This document shows, piece by piece, positions 43,660 through 56,704 of a DNA stretch of 64,000 nucleotides. The stretch's first letter is position 1. Every line of letters starts with the position of its first letter. Origin of the DNA: Eledone cirrhosa (taxonomy: Eukaryota); the NCBI GenBank assembly GCA_964016885.1, contig OZ024743.1:3844001-3908000 (forward strand), written 5' to 3'. The notes beneath the pieces were generated by a model that saw only the letters and a program-made list of their open reading frames with translations, searched no databases and was not told the origin of the DNA. Position numbers and translations under genes: made by a program.

Positions 43660-45900
43660 CTTCCATTTCGATAAAGGACGTCATGGTCGCGCCGTGGAAT
43701 ACAACAAGGAAACATACGGCTTCAAATCGTGCAAGAACCCACCTGACAACCTTCAACTGGCTGCCTTTGAACAGGACTTACTAAAGATGATTATGAACAT
43801 CAAATTAAAAAATCGGAGGAATAATAAACTCCAGAATGACATAAATACATTCCTAAAAAAGCTGCGAACCACCAATGGAATTATTGTCAAAGCGGACAAA
43901 ACATCAAATGTGTATACGATGGATGTTAATACATACAATAGCTTCATACGGAAGGAATTACATAGGAAATACAAAAAAACTAATGAGGCGGCACTGATAA
44001 ACATCAACAACGAGGCACACAATATAGTCAAACACCTAGGAATAGACGGCAGAACGGAGCCACTTAGGCCATGTACCCCCACATTTAATCTCAAGGACCA
44101 CAAGGTAAATTTTGATTATAACCCCACAATTAGACTTATATGCCCGTCCAAATCGGACATCGGGAAAATTAGTAAACATATATTAGACAAAGTGATAGCA
44201 CAAATGAAGAATAAACTAGTGATTAAACTATGGGGTAACGCTACCGAAACAATTAAGTGATTTAACAATATAGCTAACAAAGAAGTATCTAAATTTATAC
44301 AATTTGACATTAACGACTATTACTCTTCTATATCCCCCAACATCTTGGATAAAGCCTTAGCATTCGCCAAAGCCAATTATGACCTAACAGACGACGAGAT
44401 AAAAATCATATTAGCTGCTAGGAAAACAATAATTAAATTTGAAAACGCCTATTGGGAACGTAAGGATAGATTAAATAACTTTGACATCACGATGGGGGCG
44501 AACGACTCGCCTCAAGTCACAGATTTAGTAGGTATTTACATAGCCCATAGTTTACAAAGTGAGTTTAGCGACCTTCACGGTGGAATCTACAGAGACGACG
44601 CCCTTCTCCTAGTTAAGAACCTAAATAACCAGAGCATAGAAAGACTCCGTAAGAATATTAGAAAGACTCTCGGGAAACTAGGTCTTAGCATAACGTATGA
44701 GTATAGCACTAAAACAGTTAACTTTCTAGACGCGACGCTTAACCTAAATACGGGACTTATAAGACCTTTTCACAAGATTAATGAAAACTTAGCATACATC
44801 AACTGTAACTCAAACCACCCACTATCAATAATTAAATCCATTCCACGCAGCATATCCCTTAGGATCTCCCGCCTCTCGTCTAACCGACAAATCTTCGAAG
44901 AACATGCAGAATACTACAATACCGCATTAGACAAGGCAGGCCACTTAGATAGAGTACAATATATAGATGAAGCCTCAGTAAAGCGCACACGAACACGCAT
45001 AACACAAACTCGCAAAACACGCACACACGCACTTACGCATAGAACTATAAAGTATACGGTAAATAGAAATACAACATCGAAATCAAACAAGTCACGCAGT
45101 AGAAAATATATTTGGTATAACCCCATATTTAACACCTCTATTAGTACTAACCTACCCTCTACCTTCTTTAGAATAATAAATAAGCACTTTCCAGATTCAC
45201 ATAGATACAGCAAAATCTTTAACACTAACTCTATTAGACTATCTTACTCCACGGCACCAAATATAGAGGCACACATTAAGATCCTTAACGCTAAAAAGAT
45301 ACATAACAACACCAGAACACAAATTTACAACATTAACAATACAATCACGATTGAACACAACAGAATATCTAATATACAACACCGATTAATAGGCAAACAA
45401 AACGTAACACACTTGCACAGGCATCGCAGCCCACCAATAATATCAAAGTTGCCCATGACAAGAATTGTAACTGCCACCTACCTGAAACCTGTCCATTACA
45501 TAATAAATGTATGCAGTCTAACCTGGTTTACCAATGCACAGTGGAATCAGACAACCAGAAATGGTATTACATCGGAGCGACTGGGAATACATTTAAAGCC
45601 CGTTGGTATACACACCGTTACGCTATGAAACATTCCCAGCATCGTTATGTAACTGCCCTTGCAAACAAGACCTGGCAACTGAGGGAAAGTAACCATCAAT
45701 ACACCCTGAAGTGGAAAAAATTATCAAACGCGCCCTCATATCGGAGTGGTATGAGAAGCTGTCGATTATGCGACCTTGAGCTGTTCCAGATCTTGAGTTC
45801 GAAGAATAAGTTACTCAACAATAAAATCTAAAGATCAATTTATTGTAACCATAGACTCAAAGAGAAGTTTTCGCACTACAAGTGCAAATCGAACCCTTAA
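43660..45900 (+). mobile_element. Penelope-like retroelement pol pseudogene (RT + Cys-rich linker + GIY-YIG), probably Naiad-like
   Basis: Motifs IIVKADKT, FIQFDINDYYSSI, FDITMG, IYRDD, VNFLD, SNHP, CNC-x5-CPL, VYQC...YIG and CRLC. One in-frame TGA at 44258, a linker frameshift, and a TAA at 45829. Clade call is inference from motifs. Confidence 0.93.
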
Positions 45901-46743
45901 CCTCTTACTACCAACTGACAAACTGCATATACTTAGACTTTATACCCTCTTGTTGTATCTAAACCCTTTTAATTACCCACAAAAACCAATACCTATATCC
46001 CCCCCTTCTCCTTCATTCCTCTTCTATTTCTTCGTTTTCTTCCTTCCCTCCCCTTTTTGGCTATCTTTTCTTTTCTTCTTTCTCCCCCTTCTTTGCTTTT
46101 ATTTTTGTCATTATTATCTTTATCTTTATTTTTTATATATATATTTATCTGTTTATATCGCCCCCACCCTCTCTCTCTCTATCCATCCCTCCCACTATGA
46201 TCAATTTAATTCTCCTTAACTCACTACATTCCACGACATGAAGTCTACTTACCAAAACTGATCAAAGAATCCTTCCACCTCTACCCCTCCCTCAATTTCA
46301 GTTTGTCATTCTACTTCCTACCTCTTCCCCCTTCCTCTCTATCTATACTATTCCGTTTGTCCCCTCACCTTCTGATTCCTCTCTCTCTATACTAGTAAAT
46401 ACAATTCCAAATAAATGCTTTTCTCTATATATTAAGAATTATTTCAAGAGTAACTTACTCACTATTTTGAAAATTTGGACTGTGAACAACAATTATAATT
46501 GAGTGGCTGCTATTTGCAGTATAGCAATATAAGGTTGCACTTACCAATGAAACGGTCGTGAATACCTGGATAAAATCCTTCTCTTAATGCTTACCTGTGT
46601 TTTCTCTTTTATACTTTATATTCCAAGATTGAACGGAATTCTTACAAACTTGTGGAGTTACCCCTAACCGTACGTTGAAACCATCCATGAAACTGGCTTT
46701 CTTAACCACGAACTTGATCACAAAAAGCAATTGTTCTGCTTCC

Positions 46744-46856
<113 letters not shown>

Positions 46857-47185
46857 CATATATGTATATATATATATGTATAAAAACAAATAACGAAACG
46901 AAATTTAATTTCGTTTCGTTTGTAACTCACTTTTGTATGACTGACGCTTAGTGACGCTTAAACAATTAAGTTAAAAATGTACATCCACATATGTATACTG
47001 AAATACTAGTATGCATATGAATACACACACGTATACATATGTAGATGTACCAAGTTTTTCACTGGTCACTTTACTGTGAGTGTCCAGCTATTCTGTATGT
47101 AAACACACAGACAAACCGGTTTTTTAGAGTCATACTGGTTTTTGAGGAACCACCTTTCCTCTATTCTCCAGAAAGCCAGACAAGG

Positions 47186-47230
47186 AATATTGAACTAGTT
47201 TCGTTGTTGTTACAACTCATCAGCAATATT
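47186..47230 (-). ncRNA. Minimal type I hammerhead ribozyme (first of 10 identical copies)
   Basis: Minus strand reads AAUAUUG-CUGAUGA-GUUGU aaca ACAAC-GAAA-C ua G-UU|CAAUAUU: 7-bp stem I, canonical core, 5-bp stem II, palindromic ACUAGU stem III, GUU cleavage triplet. Confidence 0.93.
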
Positions 47231-50200
47231 TACCTATCTTCCGGCCTTTCTGGAGAGTCGTAAAAGCACATATCGTTATATGCTTTTTCTATGAAAATTA
47301 GTAGTGGGCAGACTAATTTGCATAGAGCGTGAGTACGTACCGGTTCAACGGAGACGATAAAAACAAATAACGAACCGAAATTAAATTTCGTTTCGTTTGT
47401 AACTCACTTTTGTATGACTGACGCTTAAACAATTAAGTTAAAAATGTACATCCACATATGTATACTGAAATACTAGTATGCATATGAATACACACACGTA
47501 TACATATGTAGATGTACCAAGTTTTTCACTGGTCACTTTACTGTGAGTGTCCAGATATTCTGTATGTAAACACACAGACAAACCGGTTTTAGAGTCATAC
47601 TGGTTTTTGAGGAAACACCTTTCCTCTATTCTCCAGAAAGCCAGACAAGGAATATTGAACTAGTTTCGTTGTTGTTACAACTCATCAGCAATATTTACCT
47701 ATCTTCCGGCCTTTCTGGAGAATCGTAAAAGCACATATCGTTATATGCTTTTTCTATGAAAATTAGTAGTGGGCAGACTAATTTGCATAGAGCGTGAGTA
47801 CGTACCGGTTCAACGGAGACGATAAAAACAAATAACGAAACGAAATTAAATTTCGTTTCGTTTGTAACTCACTTTTGTATGACTGACGCTTAAACAATTA
47901 AGTTAAAAATGTACATCCACATATGTATACTGAAATACTAGTATGCATATGAATACACACACGTATACATATGTAGATGTACCAAGTTTTTCACTGGTCA
48001 CTTTACTGTGAGTGTCCAGCTATTCTGTATGTAAACACACAGCCAAGCGGGTTTTTAGAGTCATACTGGTTTTTGAGGAAACACCTTTCCTCTATTCTCC
48101 AGAAAGCCAGACAAGGAATATTGAACTAGTTTCGTTGTTGTTACAACTCATCAGCAATATTTACCTATCTTCCGGCCTTTCTGGAGAATCGTAAAAGCAC
48201 ATATCGTTATATGCTTTTTCTATGAAAATTAGTAGTGGGCAGACTAATTTGCATAGAGCGTGAGTACGTACCGGTTCAACGGAGACGATAAAAACAAATA
48301 ACGAAACGAAATTAAATTTCGTTTCGTTTGTAACTCACTTTTGTATGACTGACGCTTAAACAATTAAGTTAAAAATGTACATCCACATATGTATACTGAA
48401 ATACTAGTATGCATATGAATACACACACGTATACATATGTAGATGTACCAAGTTTTTCACTGGTCACTCTACTGTGAGTGTCCAGCTATTCTGTATGTAA
48501 ACACACAGACAAACCGGTTTTAGAGTCATACTGGTTTTTGAGGAAACACCTTTCCTCTATTCTCCAGAAAGCCAGACAAGGAATATTGAACTAGTTTCGT
48601 TGTTGTTACAACTCATCAGCAATATTTACCTATCTTCCGGCCTTTCTGGAGAATCGTAAAAGCACATATCGTTATATGCTTTTTCTATGAAAATTAGTAG
48701 TGGGCAGACTAATTTGCATAGAGCGTGAGTACGTACCGGTTCAACGGAGACGATAAAAACAAATAACGAAACGAAATTAAATTTCGTTTCGTTTGTAACT
48801 CACTTTTGTATGACTGACGCTTAAACAATTAAGTTAAAAATGTACATCCACATATGTATACTGAAATACTAGTATGCATATGAATACACAAACGTATACA
48901 TATGTAGATGTACCAAGTTTTTCACTGGTCACTTTACTGTGAGTGTCCAGCTATTCTGTATGTAAACACACAGACAAACCGGTTTTAGAGTCATACTGGT
49001 TTTTGAGGAAACACCTTTCCTCTCTTCTCCAGAAAGCCAGACAAGGAATATTGAACTAGTTTCGTTGTTGTTACAACTCATCAGCAATATTTACCTATCT
49101 TCCGGCCTTTCTGGAGAATCGTAAAAGCACATATCGTTATATGCTTTTTCTATGAAAATTAGTAGTGGGCAGACTAATTTGCATAGAGCGTGAGTACGTA
49201 CCGGTTCAACGGAGACGATAAAAACAAATAACGAAACGAAATTAAATTTCGTTTCGTTTGTAACTCACTTTTGTATGACTGACGCTTAAACAATTAAGTT
49301 AAAAATGTACATCCACATATGTATACTGAAATACTAGTATGCATATGAATACACACACGTATACATATGTAGATGTACCAAGTTTTTCACTGGTCACTTT
49401 ACTGTGAGTGTCCAGCTATTCTGTATGTAAACACACAGCCAAGCGGGTTTTTAGAGTCATACTGGTTTTTGAGGAAACACCTTTCCTCTATTCTCCAGAA
49501 AGCCAGACAAGGAATATTGAACTAGTTTCGTTGTTGTTACAACTCATCAGCAATATTTACCTATCTTCCGGCCTTTCTGGAGAATCGTAAAAGCACATAT
49601 CGTTATATGCTTTTTCTATGAAAATTAGTAGTGGGCAGACTAATTTGCATAGAGCGTGAGTACGTACCGGTTCAACGGAGACGATAAAAACAAATAACGA
49701 AACGAAATTAAATTTCGTTTCGTTTGTAACTCACTTTTGTATGACTGACGCTTAAACAATTAAGTTAAAAATGTACATCCACATATGTATACTGAAATAC
49801 TAGTATGCATATGAATACACACACGTATACATATGTAGATGTACCAAGTTTTTCACTGGTCACTCTACTGTGAGTGTCCAGCTATTCTGTATGTAAACAC
49901 ACAGACAAACCGGTTTTAGAGTCATACTGGTTTTTGAGGAAACACCTTTCCTCTATTCTCCAGAAAGCCAGACAAGGAATATTGAACTAGTTTCGTTGTT
50001 GTTACAACTCATCAGCAATATTTACCTATCTTCCGGCCTTTCTGGAGAATCGTAAAAGCACATATCGTTATATGCTTTTTCTATGAAAATTAGTAGTGGG
50101 CAGACTAATTTGCATAGAGCGTGAGTACGTACCGGTTCAACGGAGACGATAAAAACAAATAACGAAACGAAATTAAATTTCGTTTCGTTTGTAACTCACT

Positions 50201-51372
50201 TTTGTATGACTGACGCTTAAACAATTAAGTTAAAAATGTACATCCACATATGTATACTGAAATACTAGTATGCATATGAATACACACACGTATACATATG
50301 TAGATGTACCAAGTTTTTCACTGGTCACTCTACTGTGAGTGTCCAGCTATTCTGTATGTAAACACACAGACAAACCGGTTTTAGAGTCATACTGGTTTTT
50401 GAGGAAACACCTTTCCTCTATTCTCCAGAAAGCCAGACAAGGAATATTGAACTAGTTTCGTTGTTGTTACAACTCATCAGCAATATTTACCTATCTTCCG
50501 GCCTTTCTGGAGAATCGTAAAAGCACATATCGTTATATGCTTTTTCTATGAAAATTAGTAGTGGGCAGACTAATTTGCATAGAGCGTGAGTACGTACCGG
50601 TTCAACGGAGACGATAAAAACAAATAACGAAACGAAATTAAATTTCGTTTCGTTTGTAACTCACTTTTGTATGACTGACGCTTAAACAATTAAGTTAAAA
50701 ATGTACATCCACATATGTATACTGAAATACTAGTATGCATATGAATACACACACGTATACATATGTAGATGTACCAAGTTTTTCACTGGTCACTCTACTG
50801 TGAGTGTCCAGCTATTCTGTATGTAAACACACAGACAAACCGGTTTTAGAGTCATACTGGTTTTTGAGGAAACACCTTTCCTCTATTCTCCAGAAAGCCA
50901 GACAAGGAATATTGAACTAGTTTCGTTGTTGTTACAACTCATCAGCAATATTTACCTATCTTCCGGCCTTTCTGGAGAATCGTAAAAGCACATATCGTTA
51001 TATGCTTTTTCTATGAAAATTAGTAGTGGGCAGACTAATTTGCATAGAGCGTGAGTACGTACCGGTTCAACGGAGACGATAAAAACAAATAACGAAACGA
51101 AATTAAATTTCGTTTCGTTTGTAACTCACTTTTGTATGACTGACGCTTAAACAATTAAGTTAAAAATGTACATCCACATATGTATACTGAAATACTAGTA
51201 TGCATATGAATACACAAACGTATACATATGTAGATGTACCAAGTTTTTCACTGGTCACTTTACTGTGAGTGTCCAGCTATTCTGTATGTAAACACACAGA
51301 CAAACCGGTTTTAGAGTCATACTGGTTTTTGAGGAAACACCTTTCCTCTCTTCTCCAGAAAGCCAGACAAGG

Positions 51373-51417
51373 AATATTGAACTAGTTTCGTTGTTGTTAC
51401 AACTCATCAGCAATATT
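51373..51417 (-). ncRNA. Minimal type I hammerhead ribozyme (last array copy)
   Basis: Same 45-nt sequence as 47186-47230. Confidence 0.93.
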
Positions 51418-51673
51418 TACCTATCTTCCGGCCTTTCTGGAGAATCGTAAAAGCACATATCGTTATATGCTTTTTCTATGAAAATTAGTAGTGGGCAGAC
51501 TAATTTGCATAGAGCGTGAGTACGTACCGGTTCAACGGAGACGATAAAAACAAATAACGAAACGAAATTAAATTTCGTTTCGTTTGTAACTCACTTTTGT
51601 ATGACTGACGCTTAAACAATTAAGTTAAAAATGTACATCCACATATGTATGTATATATATATATATATGTATA

Positions 51674-51724
<51 letters not shown>

Positions 51725-51766
51725 GTATCTATATATATATATATATATATGTGTATATATATATAT

Positions 51767-52374
51767 GGTGGCTGCCAACTCGTTTTCGAGTACGGCCACT
51801 ACTTTATAGCCATGTAGGAGGACACCTACCGATGCGCTGAACGAGTGTGACTTTTTAGTCCAGCCAGCGACTTGAAAACTCTGGTACAAACACTATACTT
51901 GTGACAATTATTGACACATAGTGCTGGGCCCATGGTACCATGTGATGACAAGTGCAGAGCTATCTCCAGATATAAAGCAATGCCTGTGCCGTGAAGCTTT
52001 TATAGTGAGCAAAGGCACTGCACAAAGCCAGTCCCACTCTCTTAACCAAGATGATATTTACCAAAAAGAAGAACAAGTCAACATCATTGGATACCATCAG
52101 GGTTTCAGGTGTTATATCAGAGTTTTCCTTCTTCTAGAATTCTGCCTTGACAAAGGCTAAGGGGTCATCTCTCCCGGTGATTTTGGATGGTCATTGACTC
52201 TTAAGAGCTCCTTTGCCCTTTGACAGGTTTTGTTTTTAGTCCTGCAGGATGTCCAAAGTCACCCTCCTCACCAAGAAACCTTGGTGGGGTTGCCAGTTTA
52301 GTCGCCAACGACCCGACCATGAGACAGGTTGTACTGGGATACATGTTACCAGTAGCACCAACTGGTGACCTGAC

Positions 52375-52376
<2 letters not shown>
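51767..52376 (-). mobile_element. Non-autonomous bipartite RTE-derived element (~610 bp)
   Basis: The 5' part has an RTE-type UTR motif (ggcag...ctagaagaaggaaaactctga...aacc). The 3' part encodes a C2H2-like end ([20 protein letters not shown]). No RT between them. Sits in a microsatellite. Confidence 0.72.
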
Positions 52377-52414
<38 letters not shown>

Positions 52415-52614
52415 CATATCTCCTCAACTTTCACTCACTCATTCTCTGTCACTACCTCTCCTCCTCCTCCTTCCTCCTCCTCCTTCAAGTTTGACCTGTG
52501 TGAAATTCTTTTCTCGCGCGTCCTGGTCAAGCTGGTATGGAATTTTTTTTCTCTCTCTCTCTTTCGTCTGCGACTTCACAAAACTTATGTTTACCGAATT
52601 CGTAGACCAGACCC

Positions 52615-52768
52615 CTTCTTCTTCTTCTTCTTCTTCTTCTTCTTCTTCTTCTTCTTCTTCTTCTTCTTCTTCTTCTTCTTCTTCTTCTTCTTCTTCTTCT
52701 TCTTCTTCTTCTTCTTCTTCTTCTTCTTCTTCTTCTTCTTCTTCTTCTTCTTCTTCTTCTTCTTCTTC
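52615..52768. repeat. Pure (CTT)n microsatellite, about 50 units
   Basis: Seen directly. Confidence 0.97.
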
Positions 52769-53088
52769 CGTTAGACTTGTGCGAAATTCCTACCTTTCTC
52801 ACATTTCAACCAGGTTTGATGGTCTTTTGTCTCTTGTTCACGATTTCACCGAGTTTATATTCATAGAGATCTGGGACTTGTCTATTTATTCTCACTTTCC
52901 GTTGCTTAAACCATTTTGTTTGTTACCCTAACGTCCCCTTTATTTACATGTCCCAACGACTCTTTTTAGCCGTTGTTCGCACCAACCTGAGACATATGGC
53001 CCTTAAAGCGATGAAATGCCTGGGACGGTTGGAGGGTCACTGATGAAGGACTCACTTTTTCATATGCACCACCATTTGCAACGTTATT

Positions 53089-53181
<93 letters not shown>

Positions 53182-53216
53182 GAATTTAGATCGATTTAAT
53201 GGCAGAGACACAAAAG

Positions 53217-53370
<154 letters not shown>

Positions 53371-53481
53371 ATATATAATATTAAGGATACTAGTTATGTA
53401 TATTTTAAACTTTTTATAGTTATGTATATTTTAAACCATAAACAGGGAAGGTCAGTAATTTATTACTACCTTATTACCAAG

Positions 53482-54993
53482 GATACGCATAACAACTTTG
53501 ACATAACCATGGGATCTAGTGACTCGGCGCAGGTCACTGATTTGGTGGGCCTATACCTATTAAACGAAATCCATAAGGACCTACTATACCTCAACGGTGG
53601 TTTGTACCGCGATGATGCACTACTCCTTATAGACTATAACAAATTTAATATAGAAAGAACTAGGAAACTATTGCATAAGACTTTCAAAAACTATAACCTA
53701 AGTTTCACCATAGACAAAAACACTAAAAACGTTAACTTCCTTGATGCCACTTTTTACCTAGACTCTAAAATATATACACCATTCCATAAACCTAACGAAA
53801 AACTAATTTACGTAGATACCAAGTCTAACTACCCCAGATCAATATTAAACTCTATCTCAAAAGGAATATCAAATAGAATCTCTAATCTATCTTATAACGA
53901 AACCATATTTAGCAAAAACTCACAATACTATAATCAGGCATTAGCTAGATCAGGACATAATAATGAGATCGAGTTCCTACCTATAAAAACACATAGTTAC
54001 AACATTATTTCTCACAATAGGAAAAATAGTAATAAGAGTAATAACCACACACACACTAATACGAAGGGTAGCAACAAACGTAACTCACACCAGAGAAGAC
54101 ACCAAAATACCATAAACGGAAACACCTCAACAGATATAAAAAACAAAAATAGAAGAACTAATACATTTTTCAACCCCCCTTTCAATTTAAACGTCTCTAC
54201 CAACCTACCTAAGGCTTTCTTCTCACTCCTGTATAAAGACTTCCCATCTGGCCACAAGTGCCATAGTCTTATAAATAAAAACACCATTAAAATCTCCTAC
54301 TCTACCACGCCTAACATAGCATACCACATAGCTAGTAGCAATAAAAGAAAGATTAATACTTACTTTCAACAAACCAAAACACAGCAGGGGGTAAACTTTC
54401 AAAACAACGTAATATCTGCAAACCCTGATATCAATAGTAATAATAGTAATAACACTAATGAAATCAATAACAATGGGAGCGACAACCTCATAGCTATAAT
54501 GCAATACCTAGCAACCAGACTTCTACACAACATAATAACCGACAGGTTAGCATCCAAAATAATTGTAACTGTAGATCTAATAGAACCTGCCCTTTAGATA
54601 AAAAGTGCTTAATCAAGGACATCATCTACTCATGCACGGTCAGAACTAGCAACTCTTCTGAAACCGATATAGGCTCTACTTCGAACTGCTTCAAAACCAG
54701 ATACAATTCACATCTCCATTCTTTCAAAAAACACAGTGTGGCCAACTCCACTTCACTATCTAGCTACATACATTATCTGAAAACTAGAAATATATCACAT
54801 ACACTTCGATGGGAAGTGATAGGTAAGGTGGCATCGTACAGACCATCTAATAAATTCTGTAACCTCTGTCTACTAGAGACCCATACTATAATCTTCTCAA
54901 ACCTTAAACTCCTTAATAAAAAAATCGGATGTGTTTGCGTCGTGCCAGCACCGATTCCGGTACTCCTTCCAAAACTTTAAACCCAATATATAA
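53482..54993 (+). mobile_element. 5'-truncated PLE pol pseudogene (RT + GIY-YIG); 3' region probably extends to ~56550
   Basis: FDITMGSSDSAQV, LYRDDAL, VNFLD; after a frameshift CNCRSNRTCPL, IIYSC...DIG and CNLC. Confidence 0.92.
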
Positions 54994-56547
54994 CAATGTC
55001 AGACTTGAACCCATCACCGCTTCTAACACCACACCTCAAGGGCATGCCTTACACCACTACACCACACTCTCTGATCCAACCTTCCCTCGACACAAATCAT
55101 TCTATCTATCTATAACTTTATACCCTAGAAATATCCCCATAAACACCAACTTTTAATATAATTACTTTCAATTACTTAGAAGTATATAGTGATAGAAATA
55201 TAATACAGTCTATATAAACTTTAAATACTAGATACGGCAGTGAATTATATATGCAATTGTAATTAAATGTATGGAGTAATAACATTAGATATATATATAG
55301 GATTAATTTATTAACATAAGGGATCTGTCTAACTTATGTGTAGGGTGGTGCAATGAATTATATATGAATTATATATGCATGTATAACTTGATGGATAGAT
55401 TAATGACATTGTAAATGAGCGGGATGTATTGTCTACCCAAGAGATGTATTTGATTTTGTCATGCAAACAGCCATACGCTGCTCCATAACTTACCAGGGGT
55501 TATGTAGACAAAATTCTAATAGGTCCTCTGATATGTTTTGAGAGTAGACTGTATTTACAGTGAACTTTGATATAAAGATATGGCACTTTGTATGGAAAAT
55601 TCAATTATAGCACTATATAATAAAGAGTCAACTTCCTATAGATACCTTTAATACATTATGATAGAGTAGACTGTATTTAGAATTGAAAATTAGATATAAA
55701 TATATAACCTTTTATATAAGGGACTCAATTGAGGCACCATATAATGTATGTTAGAACAATGAATTTAGTTATGAGAATCATCTAGTTACCCCCTCTTACG
55801 CATTAACTCCCCTTAGTTACACACCTACTTCCGGGTAATAAACCACTGTAAATTCTCGTAGCAGAAATAACCTATTCTATAAATATGGATTAAATAACAC
55901 TGAGCCTCAATACGCTACAATAATTTAATACATCAAACATTCAATACGGAATCATCGTAACTTATGTGATGGATGTAAAAAATGTGAAAATGGTGGTGGA
56001 TGCGAAAACTATCACTTTATTTTCTTTTTCTTTTTTTTTCTTTTTCTTTTTCTTTTTCTTTTTCTTTTTCTTTTTCTTTTTCTGCACACATACTTTTTTG
56101 ATCTATACAAAAAATACCCTACCACTACAACCACCATAATACTCTTGCTTACCCGCTTAAAGTGCTTGCATTACATGTAACACCTTGCCACACAATAATC
56201 GTATATAAATGAGACACACTTGCATGCTCCACGTGTAACTAACGCATACACTACCTACTAGATCTGACTATCAAACTATCCTTTTGCATTATCTGTGTTA
56301 TCTGCCGAATGTATTTTAATTTTGATTTTGATTTTGAATTTGAATTGCTGTACAAATATAGTATAATATATGTCACTCCACTGTACATCAATATATATAT
56401 ATATGTATCTGTATGTCTCTTGCGTTGGATAGGAGGTCAATTATATGTACAAACATTGAAAAATGCTCCGAAGATCCCAAGCCTAGGTTTGGATGAAACA
56501 ATTGTAAGTGAATAAATGTTTGAACATAGTTTGATTCTTGTGAATTC

Positions 56548-56579
<32 letters not shown>

Positions 56580-56704
56580 GTAATAATAATAAAATTGAAG
56601 AAGATCCCGTAAAGGGTGAAAGCAGCGATTCTTTGCTTAAACTTTAATCTGTTATTTTAATAAATATATATATATATATATAGTAATAATAATAAATTTC
56701 AAGA

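Larger units (their letters stand above)
46880..51650 (-). repeat. Tandem array of ~10.2 x 465/466-bp units, each with a hammerhead ribozyme (retrozyme-like satellite), flanked by (TA)n
   Basis: The motif aatattgaactagtttcg recurs at 47186, 47651, 48117, 48582, 49047, 49513, 49978, 50443, 50908 and 51373 (spacing 465-466). Units differ by only a few bases. Confidence 0.97.

Noticed and set aside
44258-44260. In-frame TGA as selenocysteine (reported for some Naiad PLEs)
   Set aside because: The context TIK*FNNI fits a Trp position rather than Cys. The Cys motifs use ordinary codons, the copy has other lesions, and I found no convincing SECIS.
46880-51650. CRISPR array or protein-coding repeat (60-72 aa ORFs at 47045, 48012, 49408)
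   Set aside because: There are no unique spacers. The ORFs appear only in units with a 1-bp indel variant and have no recognisable domain.
52491-52931. Poly-Ser / poly-Arg ORFs
   Set aside because: Artefacts of the (CTT)n tract.
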